Origin: Zootoca vivipara
Taxonomy: Eukaryota
DNA: 64,000 nt
Reading direction: 5' to 3'
Assembly (NCBI RefSeq): GCF_963506605.1
Contig: NC_083292.1
Coordinates: 34,534,001 to 34,598,000 of the forward strand
Shown: positions 38,128 to 50,747 of the stretch, one piece after another
Position numbering within the stretch: the stretch's first letter is position 1
How the letters are laid out: every line of letters begins with the position of its first letter
The notes under the pieces: model-generated
The model's input: only the letters and a program-made list of their open reading frames with translations
What the model was told of the DNA's origin: nothing
Database searches by the model: none
Program-made: the position numbers and the translations under genes

Positions 38128-39117
38128 ATGTTGTTGTTTAGTCGTTTAGTGACCCCATGGACATAGTATATAGTTANNNNNNNNNNNNNNNNNNNNNNNN
38201 NNNNNNNNNNNNNNNNNNNNNNNNNNNNNNNNNNNNNNNNNNNNNNNNNNNNNNNNNNNNNNNNNNNNNNNNNNNNNNNNNNNNNNNNNNNNNNNNNNNN
38301 NNNNNNNNNNNNNNNNATATCTAGTTATATATGTGGTTATATTGATTTCTTATTCTTCCGTTAAGTTTCACCATTTCTGCATATTCTGTAAGCTGGTATC
38401 TGTTCTTCCTCTGCTGGGACTTCTGCTTCTTTCCATTTTTAGAAAAATGGCCATGAAGGTTAGAATTATAGGGGATGCGGGTGGCGCTGTGGTCTAAACC
38501 ACAGAGCCTAGGGCTTGCCGATCAGAAGGTCGACGGTTCGAATCCCCGCGATGGGGTGAGCTCCCGTTGCTCAGTCCCTGCTCCTGCCAACCTAGCAGTT
38601 CGAAAGCACATCAAAGTGCGAGTAGATAAATAGGTGCTGCTCTGGCGGGAAGGTAAATGGCGTTTCCGTGCGCTGCTCTGGTTCGCCAGAAGCGGCTTTG
38701 GCCACATGACCCGGAAACGCTGGCTCCCACAGCCAGTAAAGTGAGATGAGCACAACAACCCCAGAGTCGTCCGCGGCTGGACTTAAGGGGTCTTTTGCCT
38801 TTACCTTTTTAGAGCTGGCAGTGACCCCCTGGGGGCCCCCAAGGGCCATCTAGTCCAGCCCCTGCAATACAGGGGTTCCCTGTCCCCTTTACAAACAGAC
38901 AAATAAAACATTTTTATCCATGTAGTTTGCCCTGACTCACCAGCATTCCACCGGCTGCCCAGGCCTCGTAAACTTTTTCTGAAACTCGCCCATAGGCGTG
39001 GTCTTGAAGTGAGAAGCTGGGTTTGGACATTGCTGCAGAGAAGGCGCCGCTGGGCACCAACCCTTCCTGCCCTTCGAAGAGGAGGACATCTGGGAGAGTA
39101 GGGTTGTTGGATTCCAT
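26527..39117 (-). CDS. CREB3L4: cAMP-responsive element-binding protein 3-like 4; exons 39117-38941, 37140-36885, 35357-35245, 33457-33350, 31795-31689, 29803-29735, 29206-29122, 27684-27588, 26801-26527
   Basis: Phases are consistent (1287 nt, 428 aa). SPESDSGIS motif, [11 protein letters not shown]...LPLTK, b[61 protein letters not shown]1P site RHIL and C-terminal HADEM. Synteny with JTB and SLC39A1. Confidence 0.92.
26830..27186 (+). mobile_element. Sauria SINE
   Basis: Homologous to 5948-6302 and 49103-49462; tail ctttacctttttacc. Confidence 0.8.
27218..27419 (+). mobile_element. 5'-truncated RTE-clade LINE 3' end
   Basis: Encodes C-terminal C2H2 finger [22 protein letters not shown]; (GAA)n tail; 11-bp TSD agaatcataga. 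Confidence 0.75.
27477..27526. repeat. (CA)n microsatellite
   Basis: Seen directly in the sequence. Confidence 0.95.
28008..28663 (+). mobile_element. BovB (RTE) LINE 3' fragment
   Basis: [18 protein letters not shown]...[38 protein letters not shown]; end gaagagtcggacacga...aacaacaac. Short BovB tails also at ~38130-38160 and ~41853-41960 (-). Confidence 0.92.
30604..31518. mobile_element. Tigger-like MITE with a nested L2 insertion (~30675-31390, - strand)
   Basis: Outer TIRs ta|cagtggtacctc and gaggtaccactg|ta. The inner segment translates to [10 protein letters not shown]...[20 protein letters not shown] and has an (ATT)n tail. Confidence 0.8.
32056..32191. mobile_element. URR1-like hAT MITE inserted in a probable L1 fragment (~31860-32350)
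   Basis: Palindromic; 8-bp TSD ggatagaa. Confidence 0.8.
32720..32962 (+). mobile_element. tRNA-derived SINE (related copies ~36628-36860, ~46590-46800(-), ~48800-48985, ~63340-63490(-))
   Basis: A box tggcggttag, B box ggttcaaatcc, A-rich aaataaataaa tail. Confidence 0.7.
34592..34946. mobile_element. Tc1/mariner-type MITE, full length
   Basis: ~50-bp TIRs cagttgaaactcggaaaattagaatatcgtcaaaaagtgcatttatttc; TA TSD. Confidence 0.88.
35447..36155 (-). mobile_element. L2 LINE ORF2 3' fragment
   Basis: [14 protein letters not shown]...[14 protein letters not shown]...[11 protein letters not shown]...[25 protein letters not shown]. Confidence 0.88.
38470..38810 (+). mobile_element. Sauria SINE
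   Basis: Head gggatgcgggtggcgctgtggtctaaaccacagagcc; tail cctttaccttt. Confidence 0.85.
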
Positions 39118-39222
39118 GGCCTGAGATGAGCAGACAGCATGTTAGTGGCTGAGAAATCTGCAAAGTCCCTGGTTCAAATCCTGACCTTGTTTGGTAGCCT
39201 TAGGCAAGCTACCCTCTCTAGG

Positions 39223-40173
39223 TAGCAGTGCATCATCAGTACAGCGCAGCGCATCATCAGAGATCTACAACCTCTCCTAGACAATGTTCTCTTTCTCAAG
39301 CTCTGGGAGGAAGACCTTTCATTGCCTACAGACAGCCACTCAATCTTAAACAACTCCTCACCCGCAATAAAATCACCACCAGACTTAACATGGACACTGG
39401 TACCAGAGCCTGCAATAAACCCAGATGCCAACTTTGCTGCCACATACACCCGGACAACACCATCACTGGCCCCAACAACATCCAACATACCATCTCAGGA
39501 CTATTTAATTGCTCATCTTCTAACATTGTGTATGCCATCAAATGCCAACAGTGCCCTTCAGCTCTCTATATTGGACAAACAGGCCAAACCCTACGCCAAA
39601 GGATAAATGGACATAAATCTGACATCAGGAATCACAAGACAGAGAAACCAGTAGGAGAACACTTCAATCTCCCAGGACATTCTATACAACATCTCAAAGT
39701 AGCTGTCTTATTACAGAAAAATTTCAGAAACAGACTGGAAAGAGAAGTTGCTGAATTGCAACTCATTACCAAGCTTAAAACCATGGAGAGACCTGGTCTG
39801 AATAAAGACATCGGATTCTTATCTCATTATACATGATAAAGCTTTCTTTAGCCATTTCACCCCTTGCTTTTTCCTGCAAGACCAATTGCAGTCGTTAACA
39901 GTCATCAACAGGTTTACCACTCCTATCAGCCAATCACCCATTTCCACCACCCTTCTGAGTAATACCCCTCCCCACCCTCTGTCTATATATAAGGGTCTGG
40001 TGACTTCTGTTTCAGTGTATCTGAAGAAGTGTGCATGCACACGAAAGCTCATACCTATGACAAACTTAGTTGGTCTCTAAGGTGCTACTGGAAGGAAAGG
40101 TGCTACTGGAAGGAATTTCTTATTTTATTTTTTGTTTTGACTATGTCAGGCCAACACGGCTACCTACCTGTAA
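39223..40173 (+). mobile_element. Penelope-like retroelement (5'-truncated; GIY-YIG endonuclease end plus pLTR)
   Basis: ORF 39228-39836 contains CNKPRCQLC...NIVYAIKCQQCPSALYIGQTGQTLRQRINGH...E...GLN. Flanked by a 14-bp direct repeat ctaccctctctagg (39209-39222, 40174-40187). Confidence 0.9.
40017..40054 (+). ncRNA. minimal type I hammerhead ribozyme in the Penelope pLTR
   Basis: GUAU-CUGAAGA-A-GUGUGC-AU-GCACAC-GAA-AGCU-C-AUAC: stem I GUAU/AUAC, CUGANGA and GAAA core, palindromic stem III. Confidence 0.75.
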
Positions 40174-42264
40174 CTACCCTCTCTAGGGTTTCAGTCAGAA
40201 AGCAGGGGGGCACTGAGGTTGGTGGGACAGTCTCTGCCCTGACAGACCAGCTTGCACAGCCATGAGCTTTAAGCCTACAAAAAGTTCGCTTAACCACTGG
40301 TTTGTTCGCCTTGAAAAGCATGACTGTCCGGTGGAATTTTCTGCAGTGGATTAGCCTGTGCTGAAATTTAAGCTGCGTTATCAATTGATCTCCTGCTCGG
40401 GAGTCCTCGCCTCTTCCCCCCCCCCAACCTCTTACCTTGCTCCTGCCTGCTTCAAATATCTCTCTGTGTGCCCCGCTGCCTGTAACCGACCTGCAGACTT
40501 GCAGCCAGCCTGCCTCAAGCAAGGTAGTATTTCTTCCGCCTTCTTCTTCTTCCGTACAGGATCCTGGCATCCTGGAACTGCCTTGCCAAGGCCCACCCCC
40601 AGGCCTTAAACCAATTAAAAGGGGTCAGGTACACAAATTCACCTGTTCAGGAAGAGCTCAATTGGAGGAGGAGAACTCTTCACCGTGTGGCCCGGAGTGT
40701 GTGCCTTTTAAAAGAAAAGAAAACAAGGCGAAATCCTGATCACATTTATTCAGGTTGTGCTCATTGAAAGCACTCCTCGTAATAACACTGGGAACTGTAG
40801 TATGCTAAGGTTGCTGGAAATTGCAGTTCTGTGAGGGATTAACTACAGAAGCCGTGTGTTTGAAATGTAATTAAAATGACAAATCCCCTTGAATTTGGTA
40901 GTGTTTGCTTCTGAGTAAATAAGGTTGCCAGAAATCTGGGACTGCAGCCCATTCATTTCTATTCAGGGCAGACCTCTTGAAATCAATGGTCCTAAGTTAG
41001 GCTTGCCAGGAGCCACATAATATCCCTTCCTGCGCTGCTAAGAAATCAATATTTTAGTGTGGCAGCACCTGCACTTTGAAACTCCCTGCATTTTATTATT
41101 TATTCATTTACCACCCTTTATCCGTAGCTCTCAGGATCACAACATAAAACCGCAATATTAAAAAAAAACAGGAAATACATAACAAAAATAAGAACAAAAC
41201 TGAACAAATAATCCCAGCTCCCAAAGCACATTGAAAAGGGCATAAGATGTCAATCAGCCAAAGGCCTGGCTGAAGAGAAACATTTTTGCCTGGCACCTAG
41301 AGGTGTATTATGAAGGTGCCAGGCAAACTTTCCTGGGGGGGAGCATTCGGCAAACGTGGAGCCACTGCAGAAAAGGCCCCGATATCATGTTGTCAACCTA
41401 TGGCGCTCTCGTGGAGGAGGCACATAAGAAGGGCCTCAGAGGATGATCTCAGGATACCAGCTTGGGCAGATGGCTGTCGAGAGCGTTTCAGGCGGTCTAC
41501 TCTTGAGTGTGGTTTCACAATCAACCCCTTTCCCCGGGGGGGGGGCGCTCTGGGAACTGTAGCTCTGAGAGGGGAAGAGGGGGCTTCCTAACAACTCTCA
41601 TCTTAACAAACTACATTTCCCAAGATTCTCTGGAGAAAGCCATGGCTGTTTAAAGTGGTATGATGCTGGTTTAAATTTATAGTGCAGATGGGGCCTTGGT
41701 TGGAAAGGCACCACTCCTACTTTATGCCAGTTTTTGCCAACCTTTTGCTCTCCAGGTGTTTAGAACTACAACTCCCATCAGCCCAATCACATCTGCCCAA
41801 TTATTTTATCTTAATCTTAAAGTGCAAGGCGCCGTAAAGTGGAAATGTAAAATTGTTGTTGTTAAGTCGTTTAGTCGTGTCTGACTCTTTGTGACCCCAT
41901 GGAGCAGAGCACGCCAGGCACTCCTGTCTGGCACCGTCCCGCAATTTGAGCAAACTCATGTTAGTGGAAATATAAAATATATACAATACCTCAATATTGT
42001 CTACACTGACTGGCACCCTTCCCTTAAAAATTAAAAATTAAAAATTAAAAATTAAAAATTAAGATTCTAGTCCTTATGGAACTTAGCAAATAGGAAACTG
42101 CCTTAGTATGACAATTGTGTATATATAGCTGAGTATTGCCATTATTGCCACGTGTGTATCTAATGCTAGTCCTGCTCTGAGTAGACCCATTCAGCCTAAG
42201 TCAGTCGTGTACATTAGCTTCAATGGGTCTACTCTGAGGAGGAGCACTGGATCAAACTAGATAT

Positions 42265-42354
42265 CATAGCTGCCAAGTTCTCCCTTTTTTAAAGGGAAAT
42301 TCCCTTATGCTGAATAGGCTTCCTCGCGAGAAAAGGGAATACTTGGCAGCTATG
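42265..42354. mobile_element. 90-bp hAT MITE (copy 3, inverted)
   Basis: TIR catagctgccaagt / acttggcagctatg; perfect 8-bp TSD ctagatat. Confidence 0.88.
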
Positions 42355-42599
42355 CTAGATATAGATTTAGATATGGATATATACTGTAGATTACTTTATG
42401 TGAATGTATAGCAAAACAAAACAAAAACCAGACTTTTAGAAGACACCTGAAGGCAGCCCTGTTTAGGGAAGCTTTTAATGTTTAATAGATTATTTTATTT
42501 TAATATTCTGTTGGAAGCCGCCAACCCAGCCAGATGGGTGGGGTATAAATAATAATAATAATTGTTGTTGTTGTTGTTGTTGTTGTTGTCCGGGAAAGG

Positions 42600-43070
42600 G
42601 AAAACTTGAAAGCCAACGCTTGCCTCCTTCTCATTGGCTCAAATCATATGGCTCTGCCCGCCTTCCTCAAGTTCCCGTTGGTTGAGAAGAGCGCTACACA
42701 GGACCTCTTCTCCCCCCCCCGCCCACTTTCGAACGCCCAGACACCGGAGAAGCGTCACCGGGGCTCCCATTGGCCGACCGGGCTCCTTTTCCTCTTCCGC
42801 GCCCCGCCCTTTCGAATGTTCCTGTGACACGGCCGCCTGGGCCGACGTTCCCATTGGCCGAGCGGTGGTGGTGGTGGACTTCTCTTGTTTTCATCGCCCC
42901 GCCTTTTGGAACGTCCCGACTCCCACGGAGCTTGTGTTGAGTTGGGAGGCGACGGGGCCGGAGGAGGTGAGTTGAGCGTCGCGGAGCAAGGCCGAGAGGG
43001 CTGGAGCGGGACTTCGGGGGCTGCCCGGGCAGAGTTTTCCGCTTCCAGAGGCTGGCGAGATACGGGTCTA
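42600..43070. promoter_or_regulatory. bidirectional CpG-island promoter of CREB3L4 (-) and SLC39A1 (+); SLC39A1 non-coding exon 1 ends at 42966
   Basis: CpG-rich, with three ATTGG/CCAAT boxes, GC boxes (ccccgccc) and donor GAG|GTGAGT at 42966/42967. The same head-to-head layout exists in human. Confidence 0.7.
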
Positions 43071-45067
43071 TAGACAGGTCTCTGCCCCTTAGCCTCCTAT
43101 TTTTGGGGGGTGGTTGATGATGGTAGTTGTGTAAGATTTCTGCATCGCCCCATCTTGCACCGGCCCATTTAGCTCTGTATTGTCTGCTCTGACTGGCAGC
43201 GGGCTCTCCAGGGTTTCAGGGAAGGAGCCTTTCCCCCGCTCTACCTGGGTTGGAATTGGGACTTGATGCCAAGCGTACAGAACTATCCCCCTCCCTTAAA
43301 AATAATTGTAAGATTCCAGTCCTCATGGTACAAAATAGGAGTATAAGAAGCAGTCTTAATATGGCCATTGGTCTATCTAGCTCAGTATTGTCCAACACGG
43401 ACTGGCAGCAGTTCTCCAGGGTTTTAGGAAGGGAGCCTTTCCTAGCTGTAACAGAATTGAGCTGGGGATTTAACCTGAGACCTACTGTGTACAAAGTAGC
43501 TGCTCTACCGTTGAGCTACAGGCCTTTCTCTTTCAAACATGTACTTTGAAGTAAAGCCTGTTGAATTCAATGGGGCTTACTCCCAGGTATGTGTGTATAC
43601 ACACCAAATTTTAGTCTAAAATTCAATTAATCCTTATAAAGCCTGTACTGTATTCAGTGTTAGCCCTGCTTTGAGTTAGACTCCTTGATATTACTAGACA
43701 TGACATATGTTTGGTCCATTAATGGCTGTACTCCTTGTGAACTGTCGTTAAGGGTACTGGGTACTGGGAATCACAGCTCCGTAAGGGGTAAACTACAGTT
43801 CCCAGGATCATTTTATTCTGGATTGGTTTTATTTGATGTTTTAATGTGTTGTGAATGGCTTTGAGATTTTTTTCCTTTAAAATATAAAGTGGCATAGAAA
43901 TGAAACGAATAATACCGTAACAATAACAATATTTCGAAAAAATGCACCTAGACATTCTGCTGTGGCAACCATAATCTGGGTTTAAGGTGCCATTTGGCGA
44001 TTAATATATCTCAGCCACGAAGCATACTGAGATCTTCAGCCTTTCTTGCATCTAGCTCTATCTGACTTTGGGATATACCTGCCGAAATAAGAAGAGATTA
44101 TAGTGATACCTCGTGTTACGTAGTTAATCCGTTCCAGAGGTTCATTCATAACCGGAAACTGCTTGAAACTGCTTTCGCTAATGGCGCCTCCCGCTGCTGC
44201 CACGCCGCCGGAGCGCAATTTCCGCTCGCATCATGGGGCAAAGTTCGCAACAAGGGGCATCTACTTCCGGGTTAGTGGAGCACGTAACCCGAAACATTCG
44301 TAACATACGTACGTAACACGAGGTACCACTGTACTAATTTCAATCCGTTAAATTCAGGATTTAGGTCGCACTCATACTGCACATTCAAAGCACTTTGATG
44401 CTGCTTTAAGCAGCCATGGCTTCCCCCAAGGAATCCTGGGAGCTGTAGTTTGCTAAAGGTGATGCGAGTTTTTAGGACACCCTCCTTTCCCCTTCATAGA
44501 GCTACAGTTTTCAGAGTACTCTGGGAAGAGGGATTGATCAGGAAACCTCTCTGGGAATTGCAAGTACAGTATGGGAAGGAATAGAGATCTCTTAGCAACT
44601 CTTAGCACCCTTAAACTACAGCTCCCAGGATTTTTTAGGGGAAACCCTGACCTAAGGGGGCTGAGAGTTGGTAGGAGGACCCCCCCCCCCGGAGCTACAA
44701 TTCCCAATTTATTTCTCTATTGCATTTATGTCCCACTTTCCTCCCCTCCCCCCAAGGAGTACATGGTTCTCCTCCTCTACTACCCACAACAGCCCTGTGA
44801 GGTAGGTTTGGTTGAGAGGCAGTGACGGTCCTAGTGTGCTGCTCTAACCACTGCACCACAATGACTTTTGCTGAAGAAGGATTGATTGTTAAACCACTCT
44901 GGGAATTAGTGCTGTGCACCTCTGCCCCACACCTGGCAGAATCTGGCCAAGCATCATGCATGCTGGCTTGTTGGAAAGGATCTGCCCCAGTTTGGATCAC
45001 GTTTCCATTTATTTGGACTACAGTCCATAAATGCTAAATGCAGTGGCAGGGTTATCTACCGGTATGT

Positions 45068-45587
45068 GGGGCTCTACGTGGGGCTACCTTTGAAGGTGAC
45101 CCGGAAACTACAACTAATCCAGAATGCGGCAGCTAGACTGGTGACTGGGAGCGGCCGCCAAGACCATGTAACACCGGTCTTGAAACGACCTCCATTGGCT
45201 CCCAGTGTGTTTCTGAGCACAATTCAAAGTGTTGGTGCTGACCTTTAAAGCCCTCAGAGGCCCTGTATACCTGAAGGAGCGTCTCCACCCCCATCGTCCT
45301 GCCCGGACACTGAGGTCCAGCTCCGAGGCCCTTCTGGCGGCTCCCTCACTGCGAGAAACCAAGTTACAGGGAACCAGGCAGAGGGCCTTCTCAGTAGTGG
45401 CACCCGTCCTGTGGAACGCCTTCCCAGCAGATGTCAATGAGAAAAACAACTACCAGACTTTTAGGAGACATCCGAAGGCAGCCCTGTTTAGGGAAGCTTT
45501 TAATGTTTAATAGATTATTGTATTTTAATGTTCTGTTGGAAGCCGCCCAGAGTGGCTGGGGAAACCCAGCCAGATGGGCAGGGTATA

Positions 45588-45630
<43 letters not shown>
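45068..45630 (+). mobile_element. L2 LINE 3' end with (AAT)n tail
   Basis: [26 protein letters not shown]...[12 protein letters not shown]...ALFREAFNV*. Related fragments at ~2270-2390, ~41100-41460(-), ~42427-42560, ~51560-51866(-). Confidence 0.85.
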
Positions 45631-47534
45631 GTAGTAGTAGTTGTTGTTACTTGCTCAGCCAACACGCATGGTCAGGGATGGTGGGAAGTTGTGGTCCAAA
45701 ACACCTGAATTGTTGGTAAGGTTGGCTTAGACTCGAGGCAGAATTACAGTAACTTTCCCCCTTCCTCTTTTGATGACTGTGGTCTGTGCAGCCAGACAGC
45801 TGATAAGAGATGAGGAAAAAGTGAATCTGGCAATTTCAGTATTTGTTTTTCCAATCTTAAATTCACAGCTCTACATTTCCATTTCAGTTTGGGATATTAT
45901 TTTTTAGGTCCTTATATTAACTCACCAACATTTTAGTTTGAATTATTATTATTTTTGTATAAAATCTTTGCCTGACAATGCACACTTTGCAAGTCATTTC
46001 CCTTGATATAATGCTTGTTTGGAATATTGTATTTTTACTAGTAAATGCACTTATTATTATTTACTTAACAGGGTTTGTTTGTTTATTTATGCTATGTTGA
46101 CAATTTATACACATACCGCTTTATCGCAATTCCCTCTGAAGGGGTACATCAAGTTCAGCAAAGACAATAATGAGCAAGCCTGTTTAAAAACGAACCGTAA
46201 AAATCAGAAATGGTTTAAAATCTCTCCTGGAATAAAAAGTTAAGCACCAGAAGTATAACATTTCAATGTGGTGGTTAGTTTGCTGGGCCTAACCTGGGAA
46301 AAACCTGGGTTCGAATCCCCACTCGGATCAGGTAGAGATATAAGGAACCAGGGAGGTCCTTGAGGAACCCTGAACCCAAGTTGTTAAGGGCCTTGCAAAT
46401 TAATGCAATTAATTTATATACTTCTTCATCGTAAACAAAAACTCCTCTAAGTGTTTTCTAGAAAGCAACACATTTTCTTTGGTTTAATGCATTATTTTTC
46501 TTATGCAATATTAACAGTGGTGTGTGTGATGCATTGCTGATAGTGAGTGGTGTATAATTATACTCCAAGTAGACCCTCTGGTGCTTATGATTATTAATTG
46601 CATTTATATCCTACTTTTTCTTCCAAGGAGCTCAAAGTGGCATGCCTGGCTCCCCCTCTCCTCCTTCAATATGCACAACAACCTTGTGAGGCAGTGACTA
46701 GCCTCTCCAAGATTACCCTGTGAGCTTCATGGCCAAGTGGGGATTCGAACCCTGGTCTCCCAGGTCATAATCCCGCACTCTAACCACTACACCACTCTGG
46801 CTATCACTGAGCCAGATTCAGCTAACTGGCCTCTCTGGAATTTGATTTACTACCTGCCCTTCACCCTAAGGTCCCAGGGCGGGTCTCCATAATTTAATAC
46901 TGTATTATTACCGTATTGGCCAGAATATAAGCAGCACCTTTAAAATTAAAGGAAAAAAAAGGGATAATACCCAAATATAAGCCGCTCCCTTAAAATTCCG
47001 CAGGCACTCACACCCGTTCCATTTTACCTTATGTCTGTTTCAGCAGCAATATTGTAAAAGCCAATTTTTGTAAGGTCGCAAATTTAAGCCACACTTAAAC
47101 TTTTCATGGTCGGAATTTAGGGGAAAAAAAGTGAGGCTTATATTCAGGCCAATATGGTATTGTTGCTGCTGCTGCTATTTCATTTCTATGCTGCTTTATA
47201 TCTTAAAGGAAAACTCTCAAAGTGGTTTTACAACACATTGAAACATCAAACGAAACAATCCAGAATAGAACATTACTGAAGAACGTCCTATATATACCGT
47301 ACACCCACAAAGCAGCATAATTAACAGGAAAATAAAATGTTGTAAAGATTTCAAAATATTACAAAGGGGTTCAGTTCCAGAATGCACATTTAATACAGCA
47401 GAGAATAGAATTTGAGATATTTGAGAAACTTTAAAAGCACTGTATGCAAATATATCTTAGAAGCATTACATACGAACAAGCATATTCTATTGTATGTATG
47501 ATGTACGATTCACACCCCGGCCAGCACCTCTTTA

Positions 47535-47736
47535 CAGTGGTACCTCGACATCCGAATGACTCGACTTCCGAAGGTTTCGACTTCCGAAGTCGGCAAACCC
47601 AGAAGTCTTGTTGTTGCGCGTGTTCCGCACAAGCGCAAAATCGCGCATGCGCAGAACAGGCGCTTTGACAACCGAAGACTTCGACTTATGAAGAGTGCCG
47701 CCGAACGGATCGTCTTCATAAGTCGAGGTACCACTG
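47535..47736. mobile_element. Tigger-like MITE
   Basis: ta|cagtggtacctcgac...gtcgaggtaccactg|ta. Confidence 0.8.
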
Positions 47737-49102
47737 TAATCTTCTACCCTCGGGCAGGAGAAAAAGAAGTATAATCAGTCATACCAACAGGCTGAAAAGC
47801 AGTTTCTATCCGTGGGCTATTAGGCTGCTAAACGGAAAATAATATACTGTAGTGCAACTGACTTTTGGGGTTGGTGTGTTGTGTGACAAGCACACAGAGT
47901 GCAATGAGATTGAATGTTTGTGGGGGGGGGGGTCGGTTAATTTCATTGCACACAGGTTGCACATTGACAATAAAGGTATTTATTATTAGTTTAGTGTGTG
48001 CCTTTTTGTACACTTGTCTAGGCTGGATGGAGCACTGCATTGTAAAAAAATCCAGAGAAGGGTTAGTTTGGGAGGCTGGCTGCTTTCTTTATTGACACGG
48101 GACTGTTGCATCTGACCTCTGGAAAAGTTCCCTGTTCTCCCCAGTTTGTAGGCAGGAGACTCTCTTTCCGAGACACCGTTTCCCGGGGGAACTGGGTTCC
48201 CTGGGGGGGCTCTGCTGTCCTCTTGAACCGGCCAGAGTCCTGGCGCTGTGCAACTTTTGCAGCAGTAGCAGCAGTCAACGCATCTCGGAGTCCGAAAGCT
48301 GCTCCCCCCCCCCCCCCGTTTGGGCAGGAGAAACATTACCGGAATATGTCGGCCTCATGACTCACTTACAGCAACAGAGGCCAGGAAGTTCCCAGAATAC
48401 GGTTTAGGATCTGCTGATCCATAATCTGCCCTTTCTAGTGCCAGCAAGGGAGACGCTGGAAAAAGATCTCTCTCCCTCCTCCCCCTGTTGTTTGGGTTTT
48501 TAGTTTTTAGTACCCCCCCCCCATTGTGGACAGCAGAAGGGGAAAAGGGGAATCCATTTTCTTTCCTGGAATGCCTGTTGATGGTGGGAGATGGCTAATT
48601 TTAAAAGCATGGTTTGTTTTTTTACAGAGAGCAACTCTAGAGCTGGGGGGGGTCATCAGTTCAGCTTGACATCTTTTCTTTTTTCCAATTGAATTCCAGT
48701 AACAACTAATGAGTTACAGAAAAGAAAACGAAATAAAAATTGTTTTAAGCAGTCACAGCTGCTAATAAGGAAGTGTAGGATACAGCTCAGAGATTTGTAG
48801 AGTCGACCAGGGTTCAAATCCCCCAAAGTCGGCCACGTGGCTTGCTTGGGCCAGTCTCTGCCTCTCAGCCCAACCTACCTCACAGGGCTGTTGGGATTAA
48901 ATGAGGAGCTGGGAGAACCATGTCGGCTACCTTGAGCTCCTCGGAGAAAAAAGGTGGGGAGATAATTGCAATAAGGAAATAAATTTCAACAGGGCTTCTC
49001 TGGGCAGGACTTTGTTGAACGTATCTCCATTGTCTTGCGCTGGTTAAGAATCTCAACACAATTCCTCTTGGAGGGCTGTTTTGGTGTAGTGTAGGGGTGT
49101 AA

Positions 49103-49462
49103 GGGACCCAGGTGGCGCTGTGGTTAAACCACTGAGCCTAGGGCTTGCTGATCAGAAGGTTGGCGGTTCGAATCCCTGTGACGGGGTGAGCTCCCGTTGC
49201 TTGGTCCCAGCTCCTGCCAACCTAGCAGTTCGAAAGCACGTCAAAATGCAAGTAGATAAATAGGTAAGTATATTTATAAATAGGAAGGTAAACGGCGTTT
49301 CCATGTGCTGCTCTGGTTTGCCAGAAGCGGCTTTGTCATGCTGGCCACATGACCTGGAAGCTGTACACCGGCTCTCTCGGCCAATAATGCGAGATGAGCG
49401 CGCAACCCCAGAGTCGGTCATGACTGGACCTAATGGTCAGGGGTCCCTTTACCTTTTACCTT
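49103..49462 (+). mobile_element. Sauria SINE
   Basis: Full head to tail; flanking repeat taggggtg. Confidence 0.88.
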
Positions 49463-50689
49463 TAGGGGTGACTTATTATTTACAGTATTAAGAATTGGAT
49501 TTGGCAACCGCCCTTCACCCTTAGGTTCCAGGGTGGTTCAGCACGGTTTAAGATACAAACATTGACAACAATTGCAAGGATAGGGTGTACCTTAACAATA
49601 GACACCTCAAGTGTCAAGAGGCCATGAAAAAGAGATGCATGTCTTGTGCCCCATGAGTTTTTCATGACCACCCCCTCCCAAAATGGTGTGCACACACACA
49701 CACGAAACTCGGAAAATTAGAATATCGTCGAAAAGTGCATTTATTTCAGTAATGCAACTTGTTATTTTTTAATTTTCTTTTAATTTTTACAAATGCTTTC
49801 TTTTGGAAATTCCATAGTAATAAAACAAATAGTTACAGTAATACAAAAATAAACATCGCTATTACATTTCATATTTACAATTACAACAAATAAAGGCTTG
49901 ACATATCTTGCTTTGCATGTCATGCATCTATCTCATGTATTGGTTTCACCTTTTAAGTTGCGTAACTGAAATAAATGCACCTTTCGACAATATTCTACCG
50001 TAATTTTCTGACTGCCCTGCAACAATGCCATGAGGTCAAATAGTTTTTGTGCCCCTCTAAAATCCTTTCCACTTTTTTCCTTCTTTAAAAAAAATGTCCT
50101 GTTGCCTGAACCCCTGGAGAGCTGCTGCCTGTCAGTGGAGACATTACTGAGCTAGATAGAACCATGGCCTGACTTGGTGCAAGGCCGCTTTCCTCAGTGC
50201 CTGTGATGCTCCTGGAGTGGGGAGGAAATAAAACTTTGGTTGTCACACCACACAGCTCCTATTTTTAGGACCCACCTTGTTTCTGTGTCGTCAGTTGTTT
50301 TAAACCAGTGGTGGGATTACCTAGTGGGGGGGTGCTAAGAGGCAAGGGGGACGCAGAGGGGCAGCTGAAGACTTTGCAAAGCTGGTATCACTGGATCATC
50401 AGTTTGGTTGAATTGATTAACAAAATAGTTGTAACTGGCTTTTGAGTACAGTAATTGTGCAAGTAATTGTTCCTGTTTCAAGTTTTATTGTGCTCTTATC
50501 TTCCTTAGTGGGTTGTGGAAACCGCTATTCTGAATAATGCTTTTTGTGCAGGGCAGGGAGCGCTGGGGGTGAGTTTATGGAACCAAGGGGGGCAGTGACC
50601 CCAAAAAGTTTGAGTGCCCCTGTTTTGAACTGTTTTCACATTGTGTTTTAACTGTTGTGACCCACCCTGGCCCCTTAGGGTGAAGGGTG

Positions 50690-50747
<58 letters not shown>

